Assembly (NCBI RefSeq): GCF_009914755.1
Contig: NC_060943.1
From: the human T2T-CHM13v2.0 reference genome, Homo sapiens
Reading direction: 5' to 3' (one strand)
DNA: 64,000 nucleotides
Part shown: in pieces, positions 1-13,743 of the stretch
Position numbering within the stretch: position 1 is the first letter of the stretch
Layout of the letters: every line of letters begins with the position of its first letter
Program-made: the position numbers and the translations under genes
The notes under the pieces: generated by a model
Database searches by the model: none
The model's input: the letters and a program-made list of their open reading frames with translations, nothing else
What the model was told of the DNA's origin: nothing

Positions 1-562
1 ACTTAATGGATAAAAAGCAATTTTAGGTTCAGCTACGTGATTTTCCATCTCACTCTGTATCGTATGCATCCAACGAACTCTTGAAATCTAGGACATAATA
101 CTATTTGGCACCATATATTAGTAAAATATTTATTACAGTATTATCTAGATAAATGCTCATTTGTCCTTATTAACATGGAGAGCTATTTGTATCTTCACTT
201 ACTATATAAATAATTGAGGTTTTAATAAGTAATATAATACCTTGTTGTAAGTTATTTTAAAGTTAAGAATATGGCTTGGATTCCTTGGATTCATTCACTC
301 GGTGTAATGCATTTGAGACTCAGCTATGTGATTGGGTATATATATGAATAATTTGTTTTTGTTTTTAAATTGCTGACTCATACTTCATTGTTTTCCACAG
401 ATCCCCCATTTTGTATATATTCACTGTTTGACAGATACTCAGAATGTTTCCAGGTTTTGGTGAATATAATATAAAGCTAGTACAAATATTCCCATGCAGA
501 TTTCTGTGTGTGGACACTAGTTTTTTTTTCTCTTGCATAAATACCTAGGAGTTGGGTGCTTA

Positions 563-890
<328 letters not shown>

Positions 891-1730
891 ATTGTCAAAG
901 TGTTCTCCAAAGTGTGAGTGCCACTTCATATCCCCACCAGCAAAACATGTGAGTTCTGGTTGCTCTACATTCTCATTAATATTTGGTATTATCAGGAATG
1001 TGTAAAATTTATTTTTCTTTTGGTTTGGTTTTGTAGCCATTCTAATAGGTATGTACTGCCACCTCATTCTAGTTCTAATCCACGATTTCATAAGAGCAAA
1101 TGGCGTTGGGAATGTTTCCATTCATGTGATTATTTGCCATGAGTTTTTCTTCTTTGATGAGGAGGCTGATCAAATCTTTAGTGCTTTTTAAAATCCGTCT
1201 TAAAATACACATAACAAAAATTACCATTTTAATCATTTTTCAGTGCACAGGTAAGTGGCATTAAGTACTTTCACACTCTTATGCAATTATCAACCATTGA
1301 TCTCCAGAAATGTCTTCATCTTGCCAAATTGAAACTCTGTACCCACTGAAAGATAACTCCCTATTCCGTCCTGCTCCCAGCCCACGGCAGCCAACTTTCT
1401 ACTTTCTGTCTATGAATTTGCCTATTCTAGATACCTCCTATAAGTGGAATCATACAGTATTGGTAACTTTTGTGACTGGCTAATTTCATGTGGCATAGTG
1501 TCTCCAAGCTTCATCTAAGTTGCAACACGTGTCAGAATCTCCTTCTTTTTAAGGTATTTCATTGTATGTATATAATATAGAGGCTTTTGACCAGTGTAGC
1601 TCATCCTGAATTATCGAGTTGATCCTTAAATCCAATCAGAAGTGTCTTGCTGGGAGAGGAACAGATGGAGATTTGATGTACACAGAAGGCGGCGGTGTCT
1701 GGGCAAACCCATCACCTCAAATGCATCTCA

Positions 1731-1744
1731 CCACCAGGGGGAGC
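1731..1744 (+). promoter_or_regulatory. Candidate CTCF site
   Basis: CCACCAGGGGGAGC, one base from the CTCF core CCACCAGGGGGCGC. Confidence 0.55.
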
Positions 1745-2859
1745 CATAGAGTTGTGCGATGCATCCACCCTAATCTTTGTACAACCTCCTGTGGATAGGA
1801 GTAAGAAGTGGATAGAGAGGGTGAGAGGCAGGAGCCTCCAGTCAGCTTCCAAAGATGGGAGTGAGATGGAAAATAACAAGAATGACATTAACAATAACAA
1901 TAACATTACAAATAACATTAAGTTATAACAGCTACCTCTTGTGGCAAAAACCAGAGTAGGGGGCTGTGAGAAACCCACCTTATGTACAGCGCCTCAGAGA
2001 TCCCAACTTAACATTTTTTGTGATCTCCAAGATAGATAGACAGGAAGGAGTGGCTGTTCATTAGCATTCGCTCTGGCTGTGCCAGGCAGAACTTTGCCCT
2101 GGGAGGGACTATGACGTTCTGCTCTCTTAATAAAAAGGTACAAAGCTGGGCTCCAGAAATAGACTGAGGGGCCTCTTGGGTCTGCTCCCCAGGCTGCTTC
2201 CTGTCCATAGGTGAGCAGTGGATGCTGCCACTCCTGACTGGAGAGACAGGGTTTCAGAAGAAATTCTCCAAGTTATGGGGGATCCCGGATGGGATGGGTC
2301 AGGTCTAGCTCTGGGGTCTGCTTAAGGGAATGAGAGTGAGTCTTTGAAGCTCAAGGCACCCTCCAAACCTGCACTCCTCTCCTAACAGCAGGGTCCTCAT
2401 GAGGGTGTCGTTGCATGAGACAGTAAGGGTCATGCCATGGGCTCTGAATGAAACCAGTTCTGCCATCTTCATCCTGATTGTTCAGACTAGGCATCACTGA
2501 CCATGCACAGTCTAGATGGAGGGAGGTACATGTTTCTTCAGGGACATGGCACAATGCTGTGTCTAAAAGGAATGCTTCATGTTGGTGCAGCCAAATGGAG
2601 CTGATCGGACGCTCTCTGTGGCTGTGGTTGCTGGTCTCCTCTCAGTATCCACTCTCTCTTTTTCCTTAGTAATAAGGACCTCAGACATGAGAACCCAGCT
2701 AAGAAGGATTCTACGTTCTACACTTTCTTCTGTAGTTTTTTCTGAACAGCCCTATGAAGAGGAAACATTTTACATCCCTATTAAAAACAATTTCTTTTTC
2801 TTTTTAATTTTTGTGGGTACATAGTAGTTGTAGACCCTAAGATTCTTTTAAATTTATTT

Positions 2860-3160
2860 AAATTTTTTATTTCTTAACCTTTATTTTAGGTTCGGGGTAC
2901 ACGTGCAGATTTGTTATATAGGTAAACTTGTGTCATGGAAGTTTTTTGTACAGATTATTTCATTACCCAGGTACTATGCCTAGTACCCAATAGCTATTTT
3001 TTCTGCTCCTCTCCCTCCTCTTACTGTCCACCCTCAAGGAGGCCCCAGTGTCTGATGTTCCCCTCTATGTGTCCAAGTGTTCTCCTCTTTTAACTGCCAC
3101 TTATAAGTGAGAACATGCGGCATTGGTTTTCTGTTTCTGTGTTAATTTTCTAAGGTAATG
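2860..3160 (-). mobile_element. L1PA/PB 3' end fragment
   Basis: Typical L1 3' UTR antisense sequence (GTTATATAGGTAAAC...GTGAGAACATGCGG). Confidence 0.8.
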
Positions 3161-3334
3161 TCCCCATTTTACAGGTGTAGAAAGCAAAGCTTAGCGGAGA
3201 TAGGAAACTTAACTGAGATCACGTGGCAGGTAAGTGGCAGCATTAGGTTCAAACCAGACAGTGTGACCAGGAATCCCCCCTCTTAACCATGGTCTTTCCT
3301 CAAACAGCCTGTACAGCCTTTGACCCAGCAGTCC

Positions 3335-4080
3335 TCAGTAATTTGGGGGCAGTGCACAAGACCATCCTCACTTCTAACTCCAGCTTCACACTCAGGGGTC
3401 CCCTGATCACCTTCAGTTTCGACAGTTCACAAGTAGGACTCACAGAACTCACTGAAAGCTCTTATTCTCATGTTATGTCTCATTACAGCAAAAGGATACA
3501 GATTAAAGTCAGCCAAGGGGAGAAGAGCATGGGGCAGGGTCCAGTGAATTCCAAATGTGTAGTTTCCAGTTGTCCCCTCCCAGTACAATCACAGACAGCA
3601 GTAATTCCTCCTTACATGACGTGTGACAACATGCATAGAGTGTCACCAACCAGGGACACTCACCTAAGCCTTGATGCCCAGGGTTTTTATTGTGGCTTTG
3701 CCATGTAGATATGGATGGCTGTTCACATGGCTGATCTTAGCTTCAGCTGCTCTAGAGATAGAGCTGACAACAGTGACCCAAAGTCCCTACCATTAGTCAT
3801 ATTATTAGACTATTTGGTGGTCATATTATTAGACGAATATAACTATTTAGTCATATTATTATGAATATTAGTCATATTATTGGGCAAGGCACTAAGGTAA
3901 ATAAAGACATTCCTATCAGGTGAGATATTCCAGGGGCTTAGAGTTCCCTCCCAGTAGCTGAGAGCAAAGTCCAGACCTCTATTTAAGTAGGGTTGAGTTC
4001 TTTCCTGTGCAAGTTCACCTCTGGGATTAATCACGGATCTACAAATGGGACTAGGCAAAAGCTGTTCATGCTGCTGTGTA
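3335..4080. mobile_element. Old LTR (MER21/MER77-like)
   Basis: Resembles recalled consensus (AAGACCATCCTCACTTCT...AGGATACAGATTAAAGTCAGCCAAGGG). Confidence 0.55.
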
Positions 4081-4092
4081 CAAAAAAAAGTG

Positions 4093-4392
4093 GGCCAGGC
4101 ATGGTGGCTCACGCCTGTAATCCCAGCACTTTGGGAGGCCAAGGTGGGTGGATCACGAGGTCAGAGATTGAGACCATTCTGAACAACATGGGGAAACCCC
4201 ATCTCTACTAAAACACAAAGAATTAGCCAGGCGTGGTGGTGTGTGCCTGTAGTCCCAGCTACTTGGGAGGGTGAGACAGGGGAATCGCTTGAACCTGGGA
4301 GGTGGAGGTTGAGTGAGCCGAGATTGTGCCACTGCACTCCAGCCTGGCGACAGAGGAAGACTCTATCTCAAAAAAAAAAAAAAAAAAAAAAA
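4093..4392 (+). mobile_element. Alu
   Basis: Alu consensus + poly(A). Confidence 0.93.
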
Positions 4393-4611
4393 GAACTCTA
4401 ATATAAACTGTGGGCTTTGGGTGCTAATATTGCGTCAACGTGAGCTCATCAAATGCAATGAATGTACCACTGTGGTGGGGCTGTTGATAATGGGGGTGGC
4501 TGTGCATGCGGGAGGGCAGGTGATATATGAAAAACCTCTGTACCTTCCTCTGAATTTTGCTGTAAACCTAAAACTGCTCTAAAATATCGTGTTTTTTAAT
4601 TGAAAGAACCC

Positions 4612-4910
4612 GGCCTGGCCCAGTGGCTCATGCCTGTAATCCCAACACTTGGGATGCCAAGGGGGATGGATCACTTGAACCCAGGAGTTGAAGACCAGCC
4701 TGGCCAACATGGCAAAATCCCGTCTCTACTAAAAATACAAAAAATATTAGCCCGATGTGATGGCACATGCCTGTAATCCCAGCTACTCTGGAGGCTGAGG
4801 CATGAGAATCACTTGAACTCAGGAGGCAGAGGTTGCAGTGAGCCTGGATCACACTACTGACCTCCAGCCTGGAGGACAGAGTGAGACTCTGTCTGGAAAA
4901 AAAAAAACAA
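4612..4910 (+). mobile_element. Alu
   Basis: Alu consensus + poly(A). Confidence 0.9.
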
Positions 4911-5949
4911 AACTTAAAGGACATAAATGATTGCAAATAGAGGATTGGTTGAATAACTCAACCCATATCCAATCCAGTGGAATACTACACAGCCATGAAT
5001 AATGAACAGTGATGGTGCAAAGCCATGCTTCTCCCATGAGAGTCCAGGACCTGAGGCAGAATGTGGGGAGTGCTTCAAGGGAGCTAAAGCCAGAAGATCC
5101 ACTTTGTATATATTTCAGAGGCACCATTTACACGGTAATACTGGGGCAGGCCAATTAACTAACATCAGTGGTAACGAATGCGTTATTTTCCTATTAAAAC
5201 TAACATGGAGGTGTCTGGCTGTAGGCTGCAAATATTCATATGGGTTTTCAGGGCACAGAAGACTTCAAAGATATTTTCTAAACCAGTAGACATCCAGAGG
5301 TGCATATTCACCTTACTCTGACAAAACTTGGGTTTAACATTTGAAAAGCCCTAATAAAAACAAAAATTTAATGATATAATTCTGCTCTAATAAAAGAGAT
5401 TCATATGTGCATGCGTATGCCAGCTATAACATACCCAAACTGAAAAGACACATAGAAAACAGCTGGTTGTATCTCTGGGTGGTTTTAAAAAACGGTATTC
5501 TTTAAATGACAATAAATAATTTTATATTTATTTTACATACTTATATAGTTATACATATAAAATATATGTATAAATATGTAAATGTTAATAATATTACATA
5601 AATATGTAAGTATGTAAATCAAAAATTTTTATAATAAATTCAAATTCACTCCTTTTATAATTTAAAAAGTAGGGTGTGTTATCAAAATGAAAGACAAACA
5701 CATTCCCAAGTACGGTTAGAAAGACCTTGTCAATTGGACATTTCTGAGTTGTTCTTTCCCTCTCTCTCTCTCTCTCTCTCTGTTTCTGTGTCTTCCCTCT
5801 GTATCTCACTCTGCCTGCATTTTTTTTTATGTCCCTGTCTGTCTGTCTCTCTGTCAGGTTTCAAGGGGCCCATACCTCATTACTTCTGTGCACAACTCCC
5901 CTGTCCTGGATCCCTGTTTTTAGAAACAGCCTGACCCTCCAACAACAAA

Positions 5950-6370
5950 GTGTCAACCTAAATAACAAACAGAGAGAAGCTCTCTAAAAGAAAATGATAT
6001 GTATTCAGGAATGGGGCATTGCAATGGGAATCTGGGTGCTATAGTAAACTACGTGCATATTCAGGGAGGTAAAAGAACACAAAGGGTTTTCAATGGAAAA
6101 ATGAGGAGGACCCCATAAATGGTTTGAGATAATTACCCTAGGCTACAAGGATCCCTAATGAGGGTGACGTCAGTCCAAGTTTGGACCGGAGGTTGCTGTC
6201 CAAATACTTGTCACAGAAGTATTTTTTTGGTGGAAGGAAGCAATGGCTTTTGTGCAAGACTATGGTTTCTGCAGCGTCTTCTGTGAAAATTTTTGTTGTC
6301 AGAGAGCCCTCGCTTCACAGCCTTCCCCACTGTATTTCTCAGGGATTTTTTTGGCTTGTGAGCACTTTCA
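5950..6370 (-). mobile_element. Probable ERV1-class solo LTR
   Basis: TG...CA-bounded ~420 bp with MER4-group-like sequence; family not certain. Confidence 0.5.
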
Positions 6371-6542
6371 CAAAGGGATCTGGTTATACACACACTGGTT
6401 CAGGTCTAGAAGAGCATTCCCTGCAGCCATTCACAATGGTCATGGGAGGAATATTTAGTGACATAGAGAAATAGTCCACTGTTGAGGAGGAAAGCAGCCA
6501 GTTGTAAAACAGCCCCAGGCAGTCTAAAAGTTGGGCCCTACA

Positions 6543-6840
6543 CCGGGCACGGTGGCTCACACCTGTAATCTCAGCACTTTGGGAGGCCGAGGTGGGCGGA
6601 TAACGAGGTCAAGAGATCAAGACCATCCTGGCCAGCATGATGTAACCCCGTCTCTACTAAAAACACAAAAATTAGCTGGGTGTGGTGGCACGAGCCTGTA
6701 GTCCCAGCTACTCGGGAGGCTGAGGCAGGTGAATCACTTGGACCCGGAAGACGAGGTTGCGGTGAGCCAAGATCATGCCATTGCACTCCAGCCTGGTGAC
6801 AGAGCGAGACTCCGTGAAAAAAAAAAAAAAAAAAAAAAAG
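6543..6840 (+). mobile_element. Alu
   Basis: Alu consensus + poly(A). Confidence 0.93.
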
Positions 6841-7263
6841 CTGGGCCCTGCATAGGAAAACCAAACCAAATGGAAACAGGACATACAGTTGAGGAGTTTG
6901 ATGTCCTATCTTTGAGGCACTTGGCTGTATTTTCTGGTTTTCTTTGTTTTCCCAACAGTGAGCCTGTGTTTTTCCGTTTTTTCATGACCAGAGAAAAAAA
7001 TGTAAATTATTATAAAAATAAGTAAATAAATAATGAACTAAAGGCAACATAAAGCCATAAAGATAAGGTTGGGCTCTCAAGAGCCGTCTTCCCCAGGCCC
7101 CACCCCTGCTGGTCAGAGTGCACCCTGGGGAGGAAAGGCCGCCCTGAAGGCTGGGAGACGAGACCGGCAGCCTCTGTGCCAGGAGACACAGGTCTTGGAG
7201 GGAGCAGAGGAGGTGGCTGTGTCTCTGGAGGGACCCCTCCTCCTGGAGGACCCCAGGCAGCTC

Positions 7264-7315
7264 ATGGACCTTTCCAGACCCAGATGGAGCCTGTGGAGGA
7301 GGGTCTTCCTCATGG
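7264..7315 (+). CDS. CEACAM18: CEACAM18 exon 1 (leader MDLSRPRWSLWRRVFLM)
   Basis: ATG 7264; 52-nt exon ending ATGG|GTAAG (phase 1); joins exon 2 in frame. Confidence 0.9.
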
Positions 7316-7552
7316 GTAAGAGATGCTGGATGCTGGATGAGCTTCCCAGGACTGAGGGAAGGGCAGCTAGGAGCAAAGCGGCGGGGAGGGGGCTGGGACC
7401 ATCCCCATCCACGGGCACATCAAGAAACTCCCAGAGCAGGGGTCGGGGAGAGGAGAAGGGGGAGGACCCTCAGCACAACTTTCATGAGCTCACACACGTG
7501 GGCACACTTTGCCCCTAGACACACCCCTGCACAGACCCACACATGTGGTGTT

Positions 7553-7617
7553 ACACACACACGCACACGCACATGCACACACACACACGCGCGCACACAC
7601 AGAGAGAGAGAGAGAGA
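7553..7617. repeat. (CA)n/(GA)n compound microsatellite in CEACAM18 intron 1
   Basis: Seen directly. Confidence 0.9.
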
Positions 7618-8953
7618 AACTGTGTTTCTATCTACGCCCAGGAATCAGGAGCTTGGACCTTCACCCTCACCTCCCTGCACTCACCTCCCACTGGGTGCCC
7701 CAATCTGCCCCATCCCCTCCCCCACCTCTCAGGCCAGATTCCTTCCCAGCCCCTCACCTTTGCCCAGGACCTTCTGTGCCCCCTACAAGCACAACTGTCC
7801 TGCTTTACCACGTGTACTGTCCTTGAACAGGTCCAGTGTGTCCATACGTGAGGCCTAGAGCCGGGGTCTCAGGCATCTCTGCCTCCTCCACATAGCCCAG
7901 GCTTGGGGTTCACAGGGCAGTGGACAACTGCCCATGTCATATGTGGTAACAGGCTGCCGCCTCCATTCACACCCACTCCAGTGAATTTAGATGCAAAATC
8001 AAAGACATGTAGAAATTCTCGGGGGAGTATTTCTCACCCAGACAATCATTACTGAACTCCCCCTGTGTCCAGCCTGTGCTCAGGGGCGCTGGGGACTCAG
8101 TGGTGACTGAGACAGGGCAGTCCTGCCCTCCTGGAGCCCACAGTCCAGGGCGAGATATAGATATGTGCCCAGACTCTGAGGACCCCCAGAGGTCATGGCT
8201 GGGATGGGGGGAGCCCAGGAGGAGCTGGGGGAGCCCAGAGGGGACACCTGACCCAGGCTGGGGTGGAGGAGACATCCAAGCTGAGACCTGAGTGATGAAT
8301 AGAAGTGAGTCAGCAAGGAGGGTGCAGATGGAGAGGAGGGAGAAGGAGTCCCTGCCGGGAATGGGGAACAGCGTGTGCGAAGCCTGGAGTTAGGAGAAGG
8401 TGTGGTGCACCAAGAGAGCTATGTAGAGGCCTGGGGCATACAGCGTGGCAGTCATGTCTTCTGATAAATAACTACAGGAATAAATGAGTAAAAGGTGCAT
8501 AGTGGGGACAGGATGGGGTAGGTGTGCACCACAAGGAGGCTCGATGAGTCACAAACACCAGCTCTGGCTGAGAGTGTTTCATATACCCACCTAAGAGTTT
8601 GGACTGTATCCTAAGAGCACTGGGGAGCCATGGAAGGTGTTTGAGCAGAGGAGAACAGGGTCGCAACTTGGGCTTATTAACATTTACGTAACTGTGATGT
8701 GAGGATGGATTGGAGGCTGTGTGGCTAGCGAGGAGGGCCTGGGAGAAGATAAGGGTAAAATGGACCACGGCAGGGGCTGAGGGGAGGCACAGGAGGGGAC
8801 AAGCTGGGGACTCTACCAGGAGCCAGAAACTCTTGCCTGGTTCACCAGCGTCTCTGGGAATCGTTCCCGGATGGTGTCTTTTTTCCTTGTCTTCTCAGCC
8901 AGTCTGAATCTCTTTGTGAATTTCTCTCTGTCTTTTTTCCTTGTCTTCTTCAG

Positions 8954-9301
8954 CCAGTCTGCTGGCCTGTGGGATCTGCCAGGCCTCTGGCCAAATCTTC
9001 ATCACCCAAACCCTGGGGATCAAGGGATATCGGACTGTCGTGGCCCTGGATAAGGTCCCTGAGGATGTTCAGGAATACAGCTGGTACTGGGGTGCAAACG
9101 ACAGCGCAGGAAACATGATTATCAGCCACAAACCGCCCAGTGCCCAGCAGCCTGGGCCCATGTACACTGGCAGGGAGAGAGTGAACAGAGAAGGCAGCCT
9201 GTTGATCAGGCCGACTGCATTAAATGACACGGGAAACTACACTGTTCGGGTGGTTGCAGGCAATGAGACCCAAAGAGCAACCGGCTGGCTGGAGGTTCTA
9301 G
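8954..9301 (+). CDS. CEACAM18: CEACAM18 exon 2 (rest of leader + IgV-like N domain)
   Basis: ttcttcag|CC acceptor; encodes ASLLACGICQASGQIFIT...GRERVNREGSLLIRPTALNDTGNYTV...WLEVL (CEA N-domain motifs); G|GTGGGT donor; 348 nt. Confidence 0.95.
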
Positions 9302-10013
9302 GTGGGTTAGCAGGTGCTGTGTTTCCCAACCCCCAAGGAGAGCTAGATGTGACACATTTGAGAGAAGGACATTATACAGAGCATGACACCGGGAGTGGAA
9401 ATCACGGAGCCGCCCTGGAATCTTGTGTACCATGGACAGCTCCTGGGGGATCTGAGGGCTAGTGGGAGGAGAGGGCGGAGTTGGAAGACAAGCAGTCCTG
9501 TATTTGACAGTGGCTGCAAATACATACTGCAGGACCCTGGCCCATTTGTGTTCCTTCTGTGTTCTTCAGTTTCCTCATCTGTAGAGTGGGGAGGAACCCA
9601 CCATTGTGGTTTGTCGTAGCGTTGGAGGGAGTATTCGTAAAGTGAATGGGACTCAAATAATGGAGTAGTATTGTGTAGCCAAATGCCACCTCTCACTCAG
9701 AACCTCTCGTGTCTCCTGGATGAGGGTCCTGGTTTGGAGGATCAGAAACAATGATTAGGCCACATGTTTATGCCAAGAGCTCACCATTATGGCAGCAGAC
9801 AGCACGGCAGTGGCTCAGGCAAGGCCCACACCTCAGCAGCCTCATTGCCCTGTGCCTATTCCTCTGCCCTTCTCAGCTCCCTTGCCAGGATGCCAGATCT
9901 TATCTTACAGCTCTTGGCTTCTCTCCAACATGCCCAGAAGTCCCCTGGAGAGGAGCAGAGCTTGGGGAAGCAGACCCCACTTGTAATTTTTTTCTCTTTC
10001 CTGCTTCACCCAG

Positions 10014-10286
10014 AGTTGGGAAGCAATCTGGGCATCTCCGTCAATGCCAGCTCCCTGGTGGAGAACATGGATTCTGTGGCTGCTGACTGCCACACAAATG
10101 TCACTAACATCACGTGGTATGTGAATGATGTGCCTACCTCTAGTAGTGACCGGATGACAATTTCCCCAGACGGCAAGACCCTCGTCATCCTCAGGGTCAG
10201 CCGCTATGACAGAACAATTCAGTGCATGATAGAGAGTTTCCCAGAGATCTTTCAGAGAAGTGAACGCATCTCTCTGACTGTGGCCT
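10014..10286 (+). CDS. CEACAM18: CEACAM18 exon 3 (IgC A-type domain)
   Basis: cccag|AG acceptor; ELGSNLGISVNASSLVENMDSVAADC...IQCMIESF...SLTVA; T|GTGAGT donor; 273 nt. Confidence 0.95.
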
Positions 10287-11637
10287 GTGAGTGGTCTGGG
10301 CTCCTGGGACTGAAGCCAGGGCTGGTCTCAGGGCTTTCTAGGGATAGGAATATGTTAGGACAGGCTGAGCTGGAGAGAGGGGGCATCCTGGGCCAGCCTG
10401 CAGCCAGCTCACTCTGGATTGGAATCAGCTCAGGCTCTTGAGCCCTGTGAACTTGGGAGCTGCCCCTGCTACTCAGAAACGTGGTACACTCGAGTTTGAA
10501 ATGAAGACGCCAGTCCCCACTTCTCAGATTAGAAATGGTCAGTGTGCCTTTGTTGAGGTCTGCTTTTGTGTAAAGAGGGGACTACTGAATACCATTGTTT
10601 CTTAAATTGATGTTCAATTATTAAGTTTTCAAGCCCCTTGAGCCTTGAAATTCTGCTCATTAATTTCTTTCTTCTTTTCTACTAAATTTAGTATAGTCCC
10701 TGTCACTCTCTTTCACTGAAACTGAACAGGCTATGCTCCCTTAAACAGAGAGCTTTATTTAAAGACTCAATTATGCATTCCATACATTCTTTTTTTTTTA
10801 TAGCCTTTTAGCTGCCTACCGGGGCAAGTTCACCACCCAGGAAGACCTCCACAAATTCTCAGACAGCTCTTGGAAATCGAATACGCTGAACTTATAAATA
10901 CATTAACACTTAGATTTTTCCCCAGTATTCCAGGACTGCTCACAGAGTTTAATAAACTCTTCCACATCTTCCAACTGAAAACCATAATCACACATCTAAA
11001 ATCACTTTCACGTCTCCTGGAACTACTCCAGCGGTCTGTCAGATTTCCTAAAGCGCAGGCTACGGCACCCATCCTGTGGAAGGTGGGGTTGAGGGGTGAA
11101 CAATTTCTGACCTCCATACAGCTGTTTACAGGTCAGAGGCTTGGAACCAAGACCCAGGATCCAGAGGCTGCAGCTGCTCAGGGCAGTTGCTCCCAGGCCC
11201 TGAGACTGGCTCAATCCTTCTGTGTCAGTTGGAGTCATAAAGTCCTAATCCTCTCCTCCGAGCCTCATTGTTTTCCATCTATAAAATGGATCAATGGTGG
11301 AACCAGTCACATGGGTTGTTCTGGGAATTCAACAAATGTGGGGACAGGCACAGAGCTTAGAACAGTGCCTGGCACACAGTAGGCCCCATGTGTTGGCTTT
11401 TACTCCACTAATTTTATTACAATGTAAATGGCACCATGGGCCTGGCCTCTAGTAGTTCCTTAATCATAGAAGATGCTCTTATGGTTATTGTTGTTGACAC
11501 AGCTGCCTTGCCTGGGGCAGGTCTAGGGGTTAGCCCGAGGTGCACAATGGGGAACCTCCTGGCTGGGGGAGGACTTCATGAGACGGGACGCCGAGGGGTC
11601 AGAAACATAGCCTGGGCCTCCTACCCTGTCTCTACAG

Positions 11638-11917
11638 ATGGGCCCGACTATGTGCTGCTGAGGAGCAATCCTGATGATTTCAACGGCATTGTGACAGCTG
11701 AGATCGGCTCCCAAGTGGAAATGGAGTGTATCTGCTATTCCTTCCTGGATCTCAAGTACCACTGGATCCACAATGGCTCCCTCCTGAACTTCTCAGATGC
11801 AAAGATGAACCTCTCGAGTCTTGCCTGGGAGCAGATGGGCCGTTACCGATGCACTGTGGAGAACCCCGTGACACAGCTGATCATGTACATGGACGTCAGG
11901 ATCCAGGCCCCCCATGA
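11638..11917 (+). CDS. CEACAM18: CEACAM18 exon 4 (IgC B-type domain); 3' boundary uncertain (11913 ancestral, 11917 cryptic, or read-through to TAG 11978)
   Basis: ctacag|AT acceptor; YGPDYVLLRSNP...MECIC...GRYRCTVENPVT...IQAP; expected donor reads ATGAGT instead of GTGAGT. Confidence 0.88.
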
Positions 11918-12754
11918 GTGCAGCAGCTCCCCTCCAGGCTCATGCTTTGCACATCTCCCTGCCTCCATGCCCTGCTAGGCAGTGCCCACCCTCAGGAGTG
12001 CCACCTCCACTGTGCCATGACATGCTCTCAACCTCTGGGTGAAATCTCCCAGTTCTCTGAGGTCTGGGTCCAAAGCTGCCTCCTCTGTGAATCCTCTGGA
12101 GTCCTCAGATCAGAGTCAGGGTGACTCCCAGGGGGATAAGAGTAGCAGACATTGGCTGAGCACTTACTATGTGCCCGCCTTTGTTCTAACCTGTGTGACT
12201 CTCACCATTTCTCTGGAGTAAGTGAATGCGATTGGCATCACCTCCATTTGACAGGTGAGAAACTGAGCCCCATGGAGTTTGAGTGCTTATTCAAGGCTCT
12301 ATTGCTTTGTAACCCATGGAAGAGGTGGCATTCAAGCCCAGGCAGGCATAGCCTACACCCTCAACTGCTCCCTTCAGCTGCTTCAAGATGAGGAATTAGA
12401 AAGACGCAGGGACGGGATGGGTGGACGGGGAGTAGAGATTTGGCATGGCCATGGCGTCAGAAACTTGGCTTGGGAGTGAATTTGTAAATGGGGAAAGCAT
12501 CTTCTTAGCAACCATGCGTCCAATCTTCTGCATCAAGGAGAGAGACTGATGTGCTCAGGGAGACTGCAGAGGAGTGCAGCAGGTAAATGCAGGGGCTCTA
12601 CAGCCCAAGGTTCTTGGTCCAAATCCCCATTCTGCTGCTGCCTATCTCCATGAACCTGGGACAAGCAGCTCCATCGTTCCGAGACTCAGTTTCCTCAACT
12701 GTAATGAAAGGATAAGAATCCCTGCAGGGAAAGGGTGCTGTGAGAATAAAATGA

Positions 12755-13192
<438 letters not shown>

Positions 13193-13590
13193 GCGAGCTT
13201 TCTGTTTTCCATTTGTCCTCAGTGCTTGGCACAGTGTGTAGCACATAGTTGGTGCTCAGTGAACATTTATGCAATGAGTTAATGACCCTGTGTCACACAC
13301 CCCCCTTCCAGTCACTGTCTCTCCCCTTATGAGGGTTTATTCTTCTCTATTCACTTATGGTTGCTTGCAGTGTGAGACATCTCTTTGCTTAATTGTCCAC
13401 TGTCCACTTCCCAGCTAGAATGTCAGGCCCATGGGTACAGGGAGTTTGTTTTGTTGGCTGCTGAATCCCTCGTACCTGGAACAGTGCTTTGCTGATAATA
13501 GATGTTGACAAATCTTTGAAGAATGGATATGTGGGTGGGTGAAGAGATGAGTGAATGCATGAATGGGTCAATCGTGGTCCTGACCCCCAG

Positions 13591-13743
13591 GTGTCCTCTT
13601 CCTTCAGGGATCTTACCTGTTGTCCACAGAGATTTCTCCATCTCAGGATCCATGGTGATGTTCCTCATCATGCTGACAGTGCTGGGTGGCGTTTACATCT
13701 GTGGAGTCCTGATCCATGCTCTGATCAACCACTACTCAATCAG
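13591..13743 (+). CDS. CEACAM18: CEACAM18 transmembrane exon (alternative acceptor at 13608)
   Basis: Encodes hydrophobic SMVMFLIMLTVLGGVYICGVLIHALI; AG at 13589-13590 and 13606-13607; donor AG|GTGCCC. Confidence 0.85.

Noticed and set aside
3793-3882. CRISPR-like repeat-spacer array
   Set aside because: Human DNA, 11-bp repeats, short non-unique spacers, no cas genes
7069-7263. In-frame upstream extension of CEACAM18
   Set aside because: Starts at TTG, and ATG 7264 gives a normal CEACAM-type leader exon
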